From an uncultured Clostridium sp. (GTDB taxonomy: Bacteria > Bacillota_I > Bacilli_A > RF39 > UBA660): a stretch of 64,000 nucleotides of DNA. The stretch covers positions 6,162 through 70,161 of the forward strand of contig CABULC010000005.1 of assembly GCA_902492325.1 (NCBI GenBank), given 5' to 3'. The notes under the pieces are model-generated. The model worked only from the letters and a program-made list of their open reading frames with translations, did not search any database and had not been told where the DNA came from. The first letter of the stretch is position 1. Each line of letters opens with the position of its first letter. Shown piece after piece: positions 1 through 10,286 of the stretch. A program made the position numbers and the translations under genes.

Positions 1-125
1 TGTTAGTTATTAATATTAAAGGAGTTATGTGGGCTATAGTAATTGGTTTTGCTGTTATAATGGCTCTTACATACTCTTTATATGAAATATTTGGTAGAGC
101 ATTAAAAAGAAGGGAAGATAAATAA
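1..125 (+). CDS. 3' end of an upstream CDS (hydrophobic C-terminal segment); partial
   Basis: Open frame from the window edge: ...[40 protein letters not shown], stop TAA 123-125. The internal ATG at 27 has an RBS too close (2 nt), so it is more likely the tail of a longer gene. Confidence 0.3.
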   Translation, partial: LVINIKGVMWAIVIGFAVIMALTYSLYEIFGRALKRREDK

Positions 126-127
126 AA

Positions 128-2527
128 ATGTACGATTATAAAAAAATAGAAGAAAAATGGAAAAAGTATTGGGAAGACAATGAATGCTTTAAAACTGATA
201 TTAATGATTTTAGTAAACCTAAGTTTTATGCTTTAGATATGTTTCCTTATCCTAGTGGCGTTGGATTACATGCTGGGCATCCGGAAGGTTATACTGCAAC
301 TGATATAGTATCTAGAATGAAGAGAATGCAAGGATATAATGTACTTCATCCAATGGGATTTGATTCATTTGGTTTACCTGCTGAACAGTATGCTATACAA
401 ACTGGTAATCATCCATCTATTTTTACAGATGAAAATATTAAAACATTTAGAAGTCAATTAAAAAATATAGGACTTTCTTATGATTGGGATAGAGAATTAT
501 CTACAAGTGATCCTAAGTTCTATAAATGGACTCAATGGATATTTAAAAGATTATTTGAAGATGGACTTGCTAAAAAAGTAGATATGCCTGTTAACTGGTG
601 TGAAGAACTAGGAACTGTACTTGCTAATGATGAGGTAATTGATGGCAAAAGTGAAAGAGGTGGATATCCTGTTGTTCGTAAGAATATGAGTCAATGGGTT
701 ATAAATATTACTAAGTATGCTGATAGATTATTAGAAGGACTTAATGAAATAGATTGGCCAGAATCTACTAAAGATATACAAAGATATTGGATAGGTAAGA
801 GTATTGGAGCAGAAGTAATTTTTAAAGTAAAAGATAGTGATAAAGATTTTACTGTTTTTACTACTAGATGCGATACTTTATATGGTGCAACTTATTGTGT
901 ACTTAGTCCAGAGCATCCTCTTATTAGTGAAATAACTACTTCAGAAAAGAAAGAAGAAGTAGAAAAATATATTAATGAATCTAAGAGTAAGAGTGAACTT
1001 GAGAGAACTGGTACTAATGGTGGTAAAACTGGAGTATTTACTGGGGCATATGCTATTAATCCAGTTAATAATAAGGAAATACCTATATGGATAAGTGATT
1101 ACGTTCTTATGAGTTATGGAACTGGTGCTATTATGGCTGTACCTGCTCATGATGAAAGAGATTATGAATTTGCTCGTAAGTTTAATATTCCTGTTATTGA
1201 AGTATTAAAAGGTGGAGATATTACAAAAGAAGCTTATACTAAAGATGGAATACATGTTAATTCTGGATTCTTAGATGGACTTGATAAGGAAGAAGCAATT
1301 AACAAAATGATTCTTTGGTTAGAAGAACATAATTGTGGAAAGAAAAAGATAAATTATAGATTAAGAGATTGGATATTTGCAAGACAAAGATATTGGGGAG
1401 AACCTATTCCAGTAGTAGAATTAGAAGATGGAGAGTATGTTGCTCTTAAAGATGAAGAATTGCCTTTAATATTACCAGAGCTTGAAGACTATACTCCAAT
1501 GAAAGATGGAACTGCACCTTTAAATAAAGCAAAAGATTGGGTTAATGTAATAGTTGATGGCAAAAAAGGAAAAAGAGAAACTTCTACTATGCCTGGTAGT
1601 GCTGGATCAAGTTGGTATTTCTTAAGATATATAGATCCACATAATGATAAGGAACTTGCTAATTACAAGTTGTTAGAACACTGGATGCCAGTAGATTTAT
1701 ATGTAGGTGGTCCTGAACATGCTACTGGACACTTATTATATTCTAGAATGTGGAATAACTACTTATATGATAAAGGAATTGTACCAGTAAAAGAACCATT
1801 TAAAAAGCTTGTTCATCAAGGAATGATACTTGGGTCTAATGGAATTAAAATGGGTAAGAGACATCCTGAATTTGTTGTAAATCCTAATGATGTAGTACGT
1901 GAATACGGAGCAGATACATTAAGACTTTATGAAATGTTTATGGGTCCAATCGAAGCTGATAAACCATGGAGTGAACAAGGAGTTAATGGAAGTAAGAAAT
2001 TCTTAGATAAAGTATATAGATTACTTATTGAAAGTGATAAAGTAAAAGGTGAAGAAAATAAAAATTTAGAACAACTATATCATTCAACAGTTAAAAAGGT
2101 TACTGAAGATTATGAGAATCTTAAATTTAATACTGCGATTAGTACACTTATGATATTTATGAATGCTGTAAGTAAGGAAGAAGTTTTACCAAAAGAATAT
2201 GCAGTTGGATTTATTAAATTATTGTATCCAATATGTCCATTTATTTGTGAAGAAATGTATTCAATTATAGATGGAAGTGAAGATACACTTACTTATGCTA
2301 GTTGGCCAAAATATGATGAAAAGAAAGCATTACTTGATGAAGTAACTATAGCAGTAAGCGTTAATGGTAAATTAAGAGCGACTTTCAGTGTAAGTAAAGA
2401 TACTGATAAAGATGAATTATTAAAGTTAGCTAAAGAACAAGAGAATGTTATTAAACATATTGAAGGACATGAAATAGTAAAAGAAATAGTTGTTCCTAAT
2501 AAGATTGTTAATATAGTAATTAAATAG
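128..2527 (+). CDS. leuS: leucyl-tRNA synthetase
   Basis: 799 aa. Class I aaRS HIGH-type motif (HAGHPEGY), CP1 editing domain, KMSKS-region (KMGKR variant), C-terminal anticodon-binding region. Collinear with bacterial LeuS. Starts 2 nt after the upstream stop, with no T-box leader. Confidence 0.97.
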   Translation: MYDYKKIEEKWKKYWEDNECFKTDINDFSKPKFYALDMFPYPSGVGLHAGHPEGYTATDIVSRMKRMQGYNVLHPMGFDSFGLPAEQYAIQTGNHPSIFTDENIKTFRSQLKNIGLSYDWDRELSTSDPKFYKWTQWIFKRLFEDGLAKKVDMPVNWCEELGTVLANDEVIDGKSERGGYPVVRKNMSQWVINITKYADRLLEGLNEIDWPESTKDIQRYWIGKSIGAEVIFKVKDSDKDFTVFTTRCDTLYGATYCVLSPEHPLISEITTSEKKEEVEKYINESKSKSELERTGTNGGKTGVFTGAYAINPVNNKEIPIWISDYVLMSYGTGAIMAVPAHDERDYEFARKFNIPVIEVLKGGDITKEAYTKDGIHVNSGFLDGLDKEEAINKMILWLEEHNCGKKKINYRLRDWIFARQRYWGEPIPVVELEDGEYVALKDEELPLILPELEDYTPMKDGTAPLNKAKDWVNVIVDGKKGKRETSTMPGSAGSSWYFLRYIDPHNDKELANYKLLEHWMPVDLYVGGPEHATGHLLYSRMWNNYLYDKGIVPVKEPFKKLVHQGMILGSNGIKMGKRHPEFVVNPNDVVREYGADTLRLYEMFMGPIEADKPWSEQGVNGSKKFLDKVYRLLIESDKVKGEENKNLEQLYHSTVKKVTEDYENLKFNTAISTLMIFMNAVSKEEVLPKEYAVGFIKLLYPICPFICEEMYSIIDGSEDTLTYASWPKYDEKKALLDEVTIAVSVNGKLRATFSVSKDTDKDELLKLAKEQENVIKHIEGHEIVKEIVVPNKIVNIVIK

Positions 2528-2638
2528 GTTAAGTAGTTAACCTATTTTTTAATTGAATTAATCTTGTACTTCTTAAAAGTTAAATTAAAAAGAAGTGTTT
2601 TGATAATTTATGCCTAACTATAATAATAGGAGGGTTAA

Positions 2639-3667
2639 ATGAAAAAAATATTTTTAGTTTTAGTAACTATATTTTTATTTAGTAAGTGTTATGCGATTGA
2701 ATATAAATATAGTGAATGGAGTCCTATTTATCCGGGGGAAGTAAAGGATAAGAAATTTATATTTGAAGAAGATAGGTATTTATGGTACAAAGAAGTAGAA
2801 AAGGATATTAAATATCTAAAACTTGAAGATATAGAAAGTGATATGTTGGTGCAGTATGAAGATTATAAATATATTAACTTTATAACACCAAAAGCACCAG
2901 AAAAATATAAAGAAAGGATTATTACGTCTAATTTTGAAGATTATACATTTAAAAATGAAGATATAACAGGTTTAGTATTAAATGAGATAGAAGACCTAAA
3001 TATATCAAAAATAGAAATCTTTGATAATAATAAAAAAATAAATTATAATACTAATCTTAAATCTTTAATAAATGGTAATGAGTTTATAAATTATAAAAAT
3101 AAAAATCTTAAATTATTTTTTGATGGATTTAATGAATCATTTAATATAGTTATTCATTATAAAAGTAGTGATGATGTTAGTGCATTAATATCATATAAAT
3201 CATGTGATAAATATAATGTTTATAGTAAGAAGTTTACTTTTAAGAAGTGTGATGATTGTGAGTTAAAACTATCTTTAAAAGATTTTAAATCATATGTTAA
3301 TCAATATATGGAGATATATAAAGTAACTGATAAAGTGTATAAAACATATAAGATAGAAAGAGAATATGCAACTGATTATTATTCTAATTTAGATGGTTAT
3401 ATTAAAGATGAAAGTACACTTAAAAAATATTATAGATTTTTACTTAATGATTATATTATTGTTGATAATGATGGTAATTTAGTAGAAGATGGTAATTGTT
3501 TTAAAGAAACATGTTATATTAAATATCTAGATTATAAAGAAGAAATAGAGAATCCTAAAACAGGAGATAATATATATAAATATCTTACTAATAGTTCTAT
3601 ATTGTTAGTTATACTTGTACTTTTGATAAATAAAAAATCTAGTTTTGTCGAATCACAACATTCATAA
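2639..3667 (+). CDS. cell-wall-anchored surface protein with NPKTG sortase sorting signal
   Basis: N-terminal signal peptide (MKKIFLVLVTIFLFSKCYA). C-terminus ...ENPKTGDN + hydrophobic segment + KKS tail, a classic sortase sorting signal (NPKTG is a class-B sortase-type motif). Confidence 0.55.
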   Translation: MKKIFLVLVTIFLFSKCYAIEYKYSEWSPIYPGEVKDKKFIFEEDRYLWYKEVEKDIKYLKLEDIESDMLVQYEDYKYINFITPKAPEKYKERIITSNFEDYTFKNEDITGLVLNEIEDLNISKIEIFDNNKKINYNTNLKSLINGNEFINYKNKNLKLFFDGFNESFNIVIHYKSSDDVSALISYKSCDKYNVYSKKFTFKKCDDCELKLSLKDFKSYVNQYMEIYKVTDKVYKTYKIEREYATDYYSNLDGYIKDESTLKKYYRFLLNDYIIVDNDGNLVEDGNCFKETCYIKYLDYKEEIENPKTGDNIYKYLTNSSILLVILVLLINKKSSFVESQHS

Positions 3668-3691
3668 TAACAATTGTAGTATTATTTAATC

Positions 3692-4033
3692 ATGACAACA
3701 AATATTGAATTCAAAAAAGGGATTTTATTTGTTAGATTAAATGGTAGTTTTTATAACGAGACATTAAATGTATTTGAGAGTAGAGTTATTCCTGTAATAT
3801 TAGGTATGTCTTTAAAACAAGTTAATATTGATTTAGAAGATGTTAATTATGTTGATAAAAGTGGAATAGATTCTATAATTAAAATATCTAATGTTGTTAG
3901 TAGATATGATGGTAAAGTAGTAATTAGTGGTATAAATGATAAACTTAAATTAACTCTTAAAAATAGTGATTTATTTGATTATTGTTTTAAATCTAAGAGT
4001 GAAAAACATAGTATAGGGATATTTAATATATGA
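3692..4033 (+). CDS. STAS-domain anti-sigma-factor antagonist (SpoIIAA/RsbV-like)
   Basis: 113 aa, STAS fold pattern with conserved phospho-Ser context (VDKSGIDS). Stop overlaps the start of the following sigma gene (ATGA). Confidence 0.7.
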   Translation: MTTNIEFKKGILFVRLNGSFYNETLNVFESRVIPVILGMSLKQVNIDLEDVNYVDKSGIDSIIKISNVVSRYDGKVVISGINDKLKLTLKNSDLFDYCFKSKSEKHSIGIFNI

Positions 4034-4665
4034 GCGATAAATATTTAACATTGATTAAAGAAAGTGAGGGATTAATATATAAAATCGCTAGTAAATATTC
4101 TATGTATTATAGTATTGATGATCTCTATCAGGTAGGTTCTATTGGAGTAATAAAAGCATATAAAAATTTTAAGAAAGATACTAGTGTTAAGTTTAGTACA
4201 TATGCTTATAAATATATTTTAGGTGAAATAATAGAATTTATTAGAACTGATAGGAATATAAGAGTTAGTGAGGAGTATATGTCATTATATAAAAAATATT
4301 TAAATGTAAAAACATTACTTACTACAAGATATGGTAGAGAGGTAACATTTAAAGAGATTTGCTCGTTTATGGAAATAGATGAAAGTGTTATGCTTAATAT
4401 AATTGAAACTATATCGTTTACTACAAGTACAGATGAAAAAGATTATGATTATGGAAATGATAAAAGAGAGGAGATTGATAATAGAATTCTTTTAGATACA
4501 GAATTATCGTCAATGAATGATTTTGATAGACATTTAATAGAATATAGATATTATCAAGGATATACTCAAAGTGAAACAGCTGATGTTTTAGGAGTGTCTC
4601 AAGTAAAAGTATCAAGGCAAGAAAAATTAATACTAGAGAGAATGAAATCCAATATTTGTGCATAA
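4030..4665 (+). CDS. sigma-70 family RNA polymerase sigma factor (compact, regions 2 and 4)
   Basis: 211 aa. Region 2 (DLYQVGSIGVIKAYKNF...FSTYAYKYILGEI) and region 4 HTH (YTQSETADVLGVSQVKVSRQEKLILERMK). Translationally coupled to the STAS gene. Confidence 0.8.
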   Translation: MSDKYLTLIKESEGLIYKIASKYSMYYSIDDLYQVGSIGVIKAYKNFKKDTSVKFSTYAYKYILGEIIEFIRTDRNIRVSEEYMSLYKKYLNVKTLLTTRYGREVTFKEICSFMEIDESVMLNIIETISFTTSTDEKDYDYGNDKREEIDNRILLDTELSSMNDFDRHLIEYRYYQGYTQSETADVLGVSQVKVSRQEKLILERMKSNICA

Positions 4666-4666
4666 T

Positions 4667-4692
4667 AAAAAACACTTTTTAGTGTTTTTTTA
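4667..4692. terminator. bidirectional rho-independent terminator
   Basis: AAAAACACT-tttt-AGTGTTTTT hairpin flanked by A/T runs, between convergent genes. Confidence 0.6.
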
Positions 4693-5311
4693 ATGTTGAG
4701 ATTACGAATGCTACGATTCCACCGAAGACGCCAATTACTAATGCAAGTTTCCATTTGTTTTTTAGAAAGTTGTTATCTTCAATTTCTTTATCAAGTGTCT
4801 TGAAACTATTTATTGTAGTTTTAAAGTCTTCATTATTAGTAAGTTCTGAATCACTACTGTAAGTATAAACATAAATATAATTTTCAGTAGTAAATGCATA
4901 TCCTTTTTGATATATATCGTATCCAGTTGATTCTTTAGTAGGCCATATTACATCATAACTAACTGTTTGCATATCATTAAGAGTATCTTTTTTAACATTT
5001 TTAACATCTACTTTAATTTTATATTCTTCTAGTTGCTTATTTATTTCATCTTCTAAATATTTTTCATATTCATTGATATTTTCATCAGTATAGTTTTCAA
5101 TGTTATATTTATTATCTTTTTGATTCTTACTAACTGTAATAATTATATTATCATTATTTTTAGAATCATTACTAATCCATTTATATGTTCCATTTTCAGC
5201 AATTTCTTCTTTAAATGTATCAGGTATATCAATCTTAAAGTATTCGTTTTCATAAGCTTTTACATTACTTATACTTAGTAAAAGTAATGGTATTAATAAT
5301 AATTTTTTCAT
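4679..5311 (-). CDS. secreted/membrane-anchored hypothetical protein
   Basis: 210 aa. N-terminal signal peptide, Asn/Lys/Glu-rich body, C-terminal TM helix. Confidence 0.5.
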   Translation of the reverse strand: MKKLLLIPLLLLSISNVKAYENEYFKIDIPDTFKEEIAENGTYKWISNDSKNNDNIIITVSKNQKDNKYNIENYTDENINEYEKYLEDEINKQLEEYKIKVDVKNVKKDTLNDMQTVSYDVIWPTKESTGYDIYQKGYAFTTENYIYVYTYSSDSELTNNEDFKTTINSFKTLDKEIEDNNFLKNKWKLALVIGVFGGIVAFVISTLKKH

Positions 5312-5410
5312 TCAATTCACCAAAACAATTATAATCCATTTTAATAAATTTATCAATATTGATTATTGACCTAACTAAATTAGATAGTTATAATTATAAT
5401 AGGTGATTAT

Positions 5411-6664
5411 ATGAAAAATAGAAATGGTTTTACATTAGTTGAATTACTTGCAGTCATTGCAATTTTAGCAATACTTGTAATAATAGCGCTTCCTAATGTA
5501 ATAAATATGTACAATAAAGCGCAAAAAGAAACATTTTTAACAGAAGCAAAGAAAGTGTATAGTGAATCAGAAAAGAAGTTTATATCAAATTCTATAAGTA
5601 ACAAGCAAACAAAAATTATAAATTCAGAAGATAGTACTAAACTTGATATGACAGGAAAAAAACTTCAATATTGTGTTATTCTAAATAATAGTGGAAAAGT
5701 AACTAGTATGAAGGTATCTAATGGTAAATGGATAGCAAGTTTAGATAATAACAAAACTGTTGATAAATTAACTATAGATGATTTAGAAGAAGGAAATTTA
5801 GATAACTATGAATGTGGTAGTCAATCAGTAGATTCTAATTCTTATAATTGTACTTTTAATGGAAATATGGTACAAGGTGCCGAATTTATTGATGGTAAAT
5901 ATACCTATAGATACATGCAAAAAGTAGGATATAATGTTACTGAAAAAGGAATTATAACTTGGGTTAATATATCAACTGATGGCTGGGGAGTTAGTCTTAC
6001 TGATAAAAATAGTACTGAAATGGTAAGCGGTAAAACATGCTCAACTATAAATAATATACCAATAGTTTCAATGTCTTATATGTTTTTTGATAGTAATGCT
6101 TCTACAGTTGATGTAAGTGAATTCGATACCAAAAATGTAGTTGATATGCAAGGAATGTTTGATGGCAGTCAAGCAACAGTAATAAATGGCTTTGAAAATT
6201 TTGATACTAGTAATGTTGCAAATATGAGAGATATGTTTTATGATAGTAAAGTAGTAACTTTTGATTTAAGTAGTTTTGATACAAGTAACGTAACTAATAT
6301 GAGGTATATGTTTTATAATAATAAAGCTTCAAAATTAGAATTAGCAAATTTTAATACTAAAAATGTAACTGATATGTCTGGTATGTTTTATCAAAGCGAA
6401 GCTTCTATAATTGATATAAGTGGTTTTGATACAAGTAATGTTACTGATATGAGTTATATGTTTGAGAATACTAAAAATCTTAAAACAATATATGCAAGTG
6501 ATAAATTTATAACTAACAAAGTTACTAGTAGCACTAATATGTTTTCTAGTTCGATTAATCTAGTTGGTGGTGCAGGTACTATATATAATAGTTCTAAAAC
6601 TGATAAAACATTTGCAAGAATAGATGGTGGAACATCAAGCCCAGGATATTTTACTAAAAAGTAA
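5411..6664 (+). CDS. prepilin-type N-terminal (class III signal) protein with DUF285/BspA-family repeats
   Basis: MKNRNG^FTLVELLAVIAILAILVI: short basic leader ending in Gly, Phe+1, Glu+5, hydrophobic helix (type IV pilin/pseudopilin signature). C-terminal half has ~24-aa repeats F(D/N)TSNVT(D/N)M..MF typical of DUF285 (BspA-type LRR surface proteins). RBS AGGTGA upstream. Confidence 0.75.
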   Translation: MKNRNGFTLVELLAVIAILAILVIIALPNVINMYNKAQKETFLTEAKKVYSESEKKFISNSISNKQTKIINSEDSTKLDMTGKKLQYCVILNNSGKVTSMKVSNGKWIASLDNNKTVDKLTIDDLEEGNLDNYECGSQSVDSNSYNCTFNGNMVQGAEFIDGKYTYRYMQKVGYNVTEKGIITWVNISTDGWGVSLTDKNSTEMVSGKTCSTINNIPIVSMSYMFFDSNASTVDVSEFDTKNVVDMQGMFDGSQATVINGFENFDTSNVANMRDMFYDSKVVTFDLSSFDTSNVTNMRYMFYNNKASKLELANFNTKNVTDMSGMFYQSEASIIDISGFDTSNVTDMSYMFENTKNLKTIYASDKFITNKVTSSTNMFSSSINLVGGAGTIYNSSKTDKTFARIDGGTSSPGYFTKK

Positions 6665-6680
6665 AAGATGTTAAAAAGAA

Positions 6681-6732
6681 AATTATAATAATATATAATA
6701 ATATATAATAATATATAATAATATATAATAAT
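6681..6732. repeat. tandem decamer repeat (ATATATAATA) x ~5
   Basis: Four perfect and one imperfect 10-bp unit directly downstream of the 5411 gene's stop and upstream of its terminator. Confidence 0.85.
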
Positions 6733-6740
6733 GATTACTT

Positions 6741-6771
6741 AAAGGCTAGAATATAAAATCTAGTCTTTTTT
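6741..6771 (+). terminator. weak rho-independent terminator
   Basis: CTAGA-atataaaa-TCTAG stem followed by TTTTTT. Confidence 0.4.
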
Positions 6772-6842
6772 AATGTAAGATTGTTATAATTTTCTTTTTG
6801 TTTTTAATAATTAATGATATAATCTATTATAGGAGAAGATAT

Positions 6843-7571
6843 ATGAAGAAGTTATTTAAATTATTGGTTGTTATTAGTTTTTCATTTTTATTCTTTGGAT
6901 GTGATAAAGATGATAATAAGTTAGTTATGGTTACTGAGGCAGGTTTTGCACCTTATGAATACCGTGATAGTAATGGTATAGTAGGAGTAGATGTTGATAT
7001 AGCACGTGAAATAGCTGCATCTATGGGAAAAGAATTAGAAATTAAAGATGTTGCTTTTGATTCACTTATTAATGAACTTAATTCTGGTAAAGCTGATTTT
7101 GCTGCTGCCGGAATGAGTATTAGTGAAGAGAGAAAAAAAGAAGTAGATTTTTCTATTGAATATGTTTCTAGTAAACAAGTAATAGTTGTTAGAAAAGACT
7201 ATAATAAAATTAAAAGTGTTAATGATTTGAATGGTAAAACCATTTCTGTTCAACTTGGAAGTGTTGCAGATAGTTATGTTAATAATAATTATAAAAATTC
7301 TAAAATAGTTCGTCAAAAGAAATTTTTAAGTGCTGCTGAAGATGTTAAAGCTAAAAAAGCAGATTGTATTGTAATGGATGAACTACCAGCAAAAGAACTT
7401 GTTAAAAATAATAGTGAACTTACTATATTAAGTATAGAACTATTTACTGATAAATATGCTATTGCTGTTAAAAAAGGAAATACTGAATTATTAAATAAAA
7501 TAAATGAAGTGTTGGAAAAATTAATTGAAGAAGGGAAGATAGAAGAATTTATTATTAATCATTCTTCTTAG
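6843..7571 (+). CDS. polar amino-acid ABC transporter substrate-binding lipoprotein
   Basis: Lipobox LFFGC after the signal peptide. SBP type-3 (family 3) pattern. RBS AGGAG 8 nt upstream of ATG 6843; the track ORF starts earlier at 6798. Confidence 0.8.
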   Translation: MKKLFKLLVVISFSFLFFGCDKDDNKLVMVTEAGFAPYEYRDSNGIVGVDVDIAREIAASMGKELEIKDVAFDSLINELNSGKADFAAAGMSISEERKKEVDFSIEYVSSKQVIVVRKDYNKIKSVNDLNGKTISVQLGSVADSYVNNNYKNSKIVRQKKFLSAAEDVKAKKADCIVMDELPAKELVKNNSELTILSIELFTDKYAIAVKKGNTELLNKINEVLEKLIEEGKIEEFIINHSS

Positions 7572-7577
7572 TGTTGT

Positions 7578-8270
7578 ATGTCTGATTTATTAAATAAAAT
7601 ATATGATAATTTTTATAAAACAGTTATATTTGATAATCGATATGAATTAATATTGGAAGGTCTTAAGAACACTATTATTATATCTTTAGGGGCTCTTGCG
7701 ATTGGTATATTAATTGGAGCAATTATATCTATTATAAGATATACTAATAAACATACTGGCAAATTTAAAATATTAAATGCTATTAGTAAATTATATGTTT
7801 CAATTATAAGAGGAACTCCTAGTGTTCTTCAACTTATGATTATGTACTATATAATATTTAAAACATCTACATTAAATCCTGTTATAGTTGGTATGCTTGC
7901 ATTTGGTATTAATAGTGGAGCATATAGTTCTGAGATACTTAGAAGTGGATTTGATAGTATAGATGATGGTCAAATTGAAGGTGGACTTGCACTTGGTCTT
8001 ACATTTAGACAAACATTAATACATATTATAATACCTCAAGCAGTTAAGAATAGTTTAGCATCTATGGGTAATGAATTTATTACTCTTGTAAAAGAAACTG
8101 CGATTGCAGGATATATAGGTATTACAGATTTAACAAAAGCATCTGATATTATTGCATCTAATACATATGATTATTTCTTTCCGTTAATTATTATTGCGAT
8201 TATATATTTAATAATTACTGGATTATTAAGTAAAATAATGAAAACTATTGAAAGGAAGATGGATGTTTAA
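7578..8270 (+). CDS. amino-acid ABC transporter permease (His/Gln/Arg family)
   Basis: 230 aa polytopic. EAA-like loop region typical of polar amino-acid permeases. Operonic with the SBP and ATPase. Confidence 0.8.
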   Translation: MSDLLNKIYDNFYKTVIFDNRYELILEGLKNTIIISLGALAIGILIGAIISIIRYTNKHTGKFKILNAISKLYVSIIRGTPSVLQLMIMYYIIFKTSTLNPVIVGMLAFGINSGAYSSEILRSGFDSIDDGQIEGGLALGLTFRQTLIHIIIPQAVKNSLASMGNEFITLVKETAIAGYIGITDLTKASDIIASNTYDYFFPLIIIAIIYLIITGLLSKIMKTIERKMDV

Positions 8271-8980
8271 TGATTAGTGTAGATAATATTACTAAAAAGT
8301 ATGGTAAAAAAATAGTATTTAGGAATATTAGTTTTGATATTACTGATAATGAAAAATTATTAATTATTGGTCCATCTGGTTGTGGTAAGACAACGCTTAT
8401 TAGATGTTTAAATGGATTTGAAAAAATAGATGGTGGTAAGATACTTTTAAATGGTGTTAATATTAAAGATATAGATGAAGTAACATTAAAGAGTAAAGTA
8501 GGAATGGTATTTCAAAACTTTAATTTATTTCCTCATTTAACAGTTGGAGAAAATATAGCACTTGCTCCTAGATTATTAAAACTTGGAAGTAAAAGTGAGA
8601 TTGACAAAAAAGTTAGAGAGTTATTAAATCAAGTTCATATACTTGATAAAATTGATGCTTATCCTAAGAGATTAAGTGGAGGAGAAAAACAAAGAGTTGC
8701 GATAGCAAGAGCACTTGCTACTAAACCTGAAGTTATATTATTTGATGAACCTACAAGTGCATTAGATCCAGCAGTAATAAATGACTTATTAGAACTTTTA
8801 GATGAATTATCCAAAACCACTACAATAGTTGTTGTATCCCATGAAATGGATTTAATTAAAAATTATGCTGATAAAGTATTATTCCTAAAAGATAAAAAAA
8901 TAATCGAATATGGAACTAAAAAAGATATATTAAATAGTGAAAATATTGATGTTAGAGAATTTTTAGGAAAGAGTAAGTGA
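8270..8980 (+). CDS. amino-acid ABC transporter ATP-binding protein
   Basis: Walker A GPSGCGKTT, signature LSGGEKQRVAIARAL, Walker B ILFDEPTSALD. Start overlaps the permease stop. Confidence 0.9.
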   Translation: MISVDNITKKYGKKIVFRNISFDITDNEKLLIIGPSGCGKTTLIRCLNGFEKIDGGKILLNGVNIKDIDEVTLKSKVGMVFQNFNLFPHLTVGENIALAPRLLKLGSKSEIDKKVRELLNQVHILDKIDAYPKRLSGGEKQRVAIARALATKPEVILFDEPTSALDPAVINDLLELLDELSKTTTIVVVSHEMDLIKNYADKVLFLKDKKIIEYGTKKDILNSENIDVREFLGKSK

Positions 8981-9058
8981 AAATTTTAAAATTCATTTAC
9001 TTTTTTTTATATAAAAGTTATAATTATTGTGAAGAATAAAGATGGAAAGGAGAGTTGT

Positions 9059-10282
9059 ATGTCAGGTATTCATGTATATAGTGAAATAAAACCTTTAAAG
9101 AAAGTATTATTGCATAGACCTGGAGATGAATTTTTGAATTTAACTCCTAATACTTTAGAGAGACTTTTATTTGATGATATACCATATTTGAAAAAGGCTC
9201 AAGAAGAACATGATGTATTTGCTGGTGCTCTTAGAGCTGAAGGGGTTGAGGTTGTATATCTTGTTGATTTAGCTGCTGAAGCATTAGATACACATCCTAA
9301 GGTTAGAGAAAAATTCTTAAAACAATTTATTAAAGAAGGAGGAGTTACGTCCCCAATAGTATTTGACTTAGTATTTAATTATTTAAATCAATTTAAAGAT
9401 AATCGTGAATTAATTAAGAAATGTATTACTGGTATAGATAGTGAAGATTTAGAAGGATATAGACCAAGTAGTGGGTTCTTTGCTACTCGTGATATTGGAA
9501 AAATGATATTAGATCCACTTCCAAATTTATATGCTCCACGTGACCCATTTGCTTCAATTGGAGATGGGGTAAGTATTCATAGAATGTACTCAGTAACTCG
9601 TCAAAGAGAGACTATATTTGCTGAATATATATTTAAATATCATCCAGAATATAAGGATACTCCAAGATATTATGATAGATATAATGCTTATCATATTGAA
9701 GGAGGAGATATTCAAGTACTAAGTGATGAAGTTATTGCGATAGGTATTTCTGAGAGAACAGAACCTGATGCGATAAATTTACTTGCTAAAAACATATTTA
9801 GTACTAAAGGCAATAAATTTAAATATGTTCTTGCTTTTGATATTCCAGATGAAAGAAGTTTTATGCATTTAGATACTGTTATGACTAGAGTGGACACTGA
9901 TAAATTTGCTGTTCATAGTCAAGTTATGCATGTAACAACTGTGTTTGAACTTTCTAAAGGAAAAAGTGATGATGAATTAAATATAGTAGAACTTAAAATG
10001 CCACTTGATAAATTATTAGAGAAATATTTACACATTGATAAAGTTACTCTTATTAAATGCGGTGGAGGAAAGAGAATTCCTGCAGAACGTGAACAATGGA
10101 GTGATGGAGCTAATCTGCTTACAATTAGACCTGGTGTAGCAATAGCATACGATAGAAATCACGTAAGTAATGAAGTATTTAGACAAGCTGGCATTAAAAT
10201 AATAGAAGTACCAAGTAGTGAGTTATCTCGTGGTAGAGGTGGACCTCATTGTATGAGTATGGCATTAGAAAGAGAGGATTAA
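9059..10282 (+). CDS. arcA: arginine deiminase
   Basis: ~408 aa. N-terminal [20 protein letters not shown]-terminal catalytic Cys context [20 protein letters not shown] before ATG 9059; the track ORF starts at an upstream GTG. Confidence 0.9.
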   Translation: MSGIHVYSEIKPLKKVLLHRPGDEFLNLTPNTLERLLFDDIPYLKKAQEEHDVFAGALRAEGVEVVYLVDLAAEALDTHPKVREKFLKQFIKEGGVTSPIVFDLVFNYLNQFKDNRELIKKCITGIDSEDLEGYRPSSGFFATRDIGKMILDPLPNLYAPRDPFASIGDGVSIHRMYSVTRQRETIFAEYIFKYHPEYKDTPRYYDRYNAYHIEGGDIQVLSDEVIAIGISERTEPDAINLLAKNIFSTKGNKFKYVLAFDIPDERSFMHLDTVMTRVDTDKFAVHSQVMHVTTVFELSKGKSDDELNIVELKMPLDKLLEKYLHIDKVTLIKCGGGKRIPAEREQWSDGANLLTIRPGVAIAYDRNHVSNEVFRQAGIKIIEVPSSELSRGRGGPHCMSMALERED

Positions 10283-10286
10283 AAAG

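Noticed and set aside
941-1150. 69-aa minus-strand ORF inside leuS
   Set aside because: Antisense to a highly conserved essential gene. The product is low-complexity (Phe/Ile-rich), typical of AT-rich antisense frames.
6681-6732. Possible CRISPR-like array
   Set aside because: 10-bp units with no spacers. It is a simple tandem repeat, not a CRISPR array.
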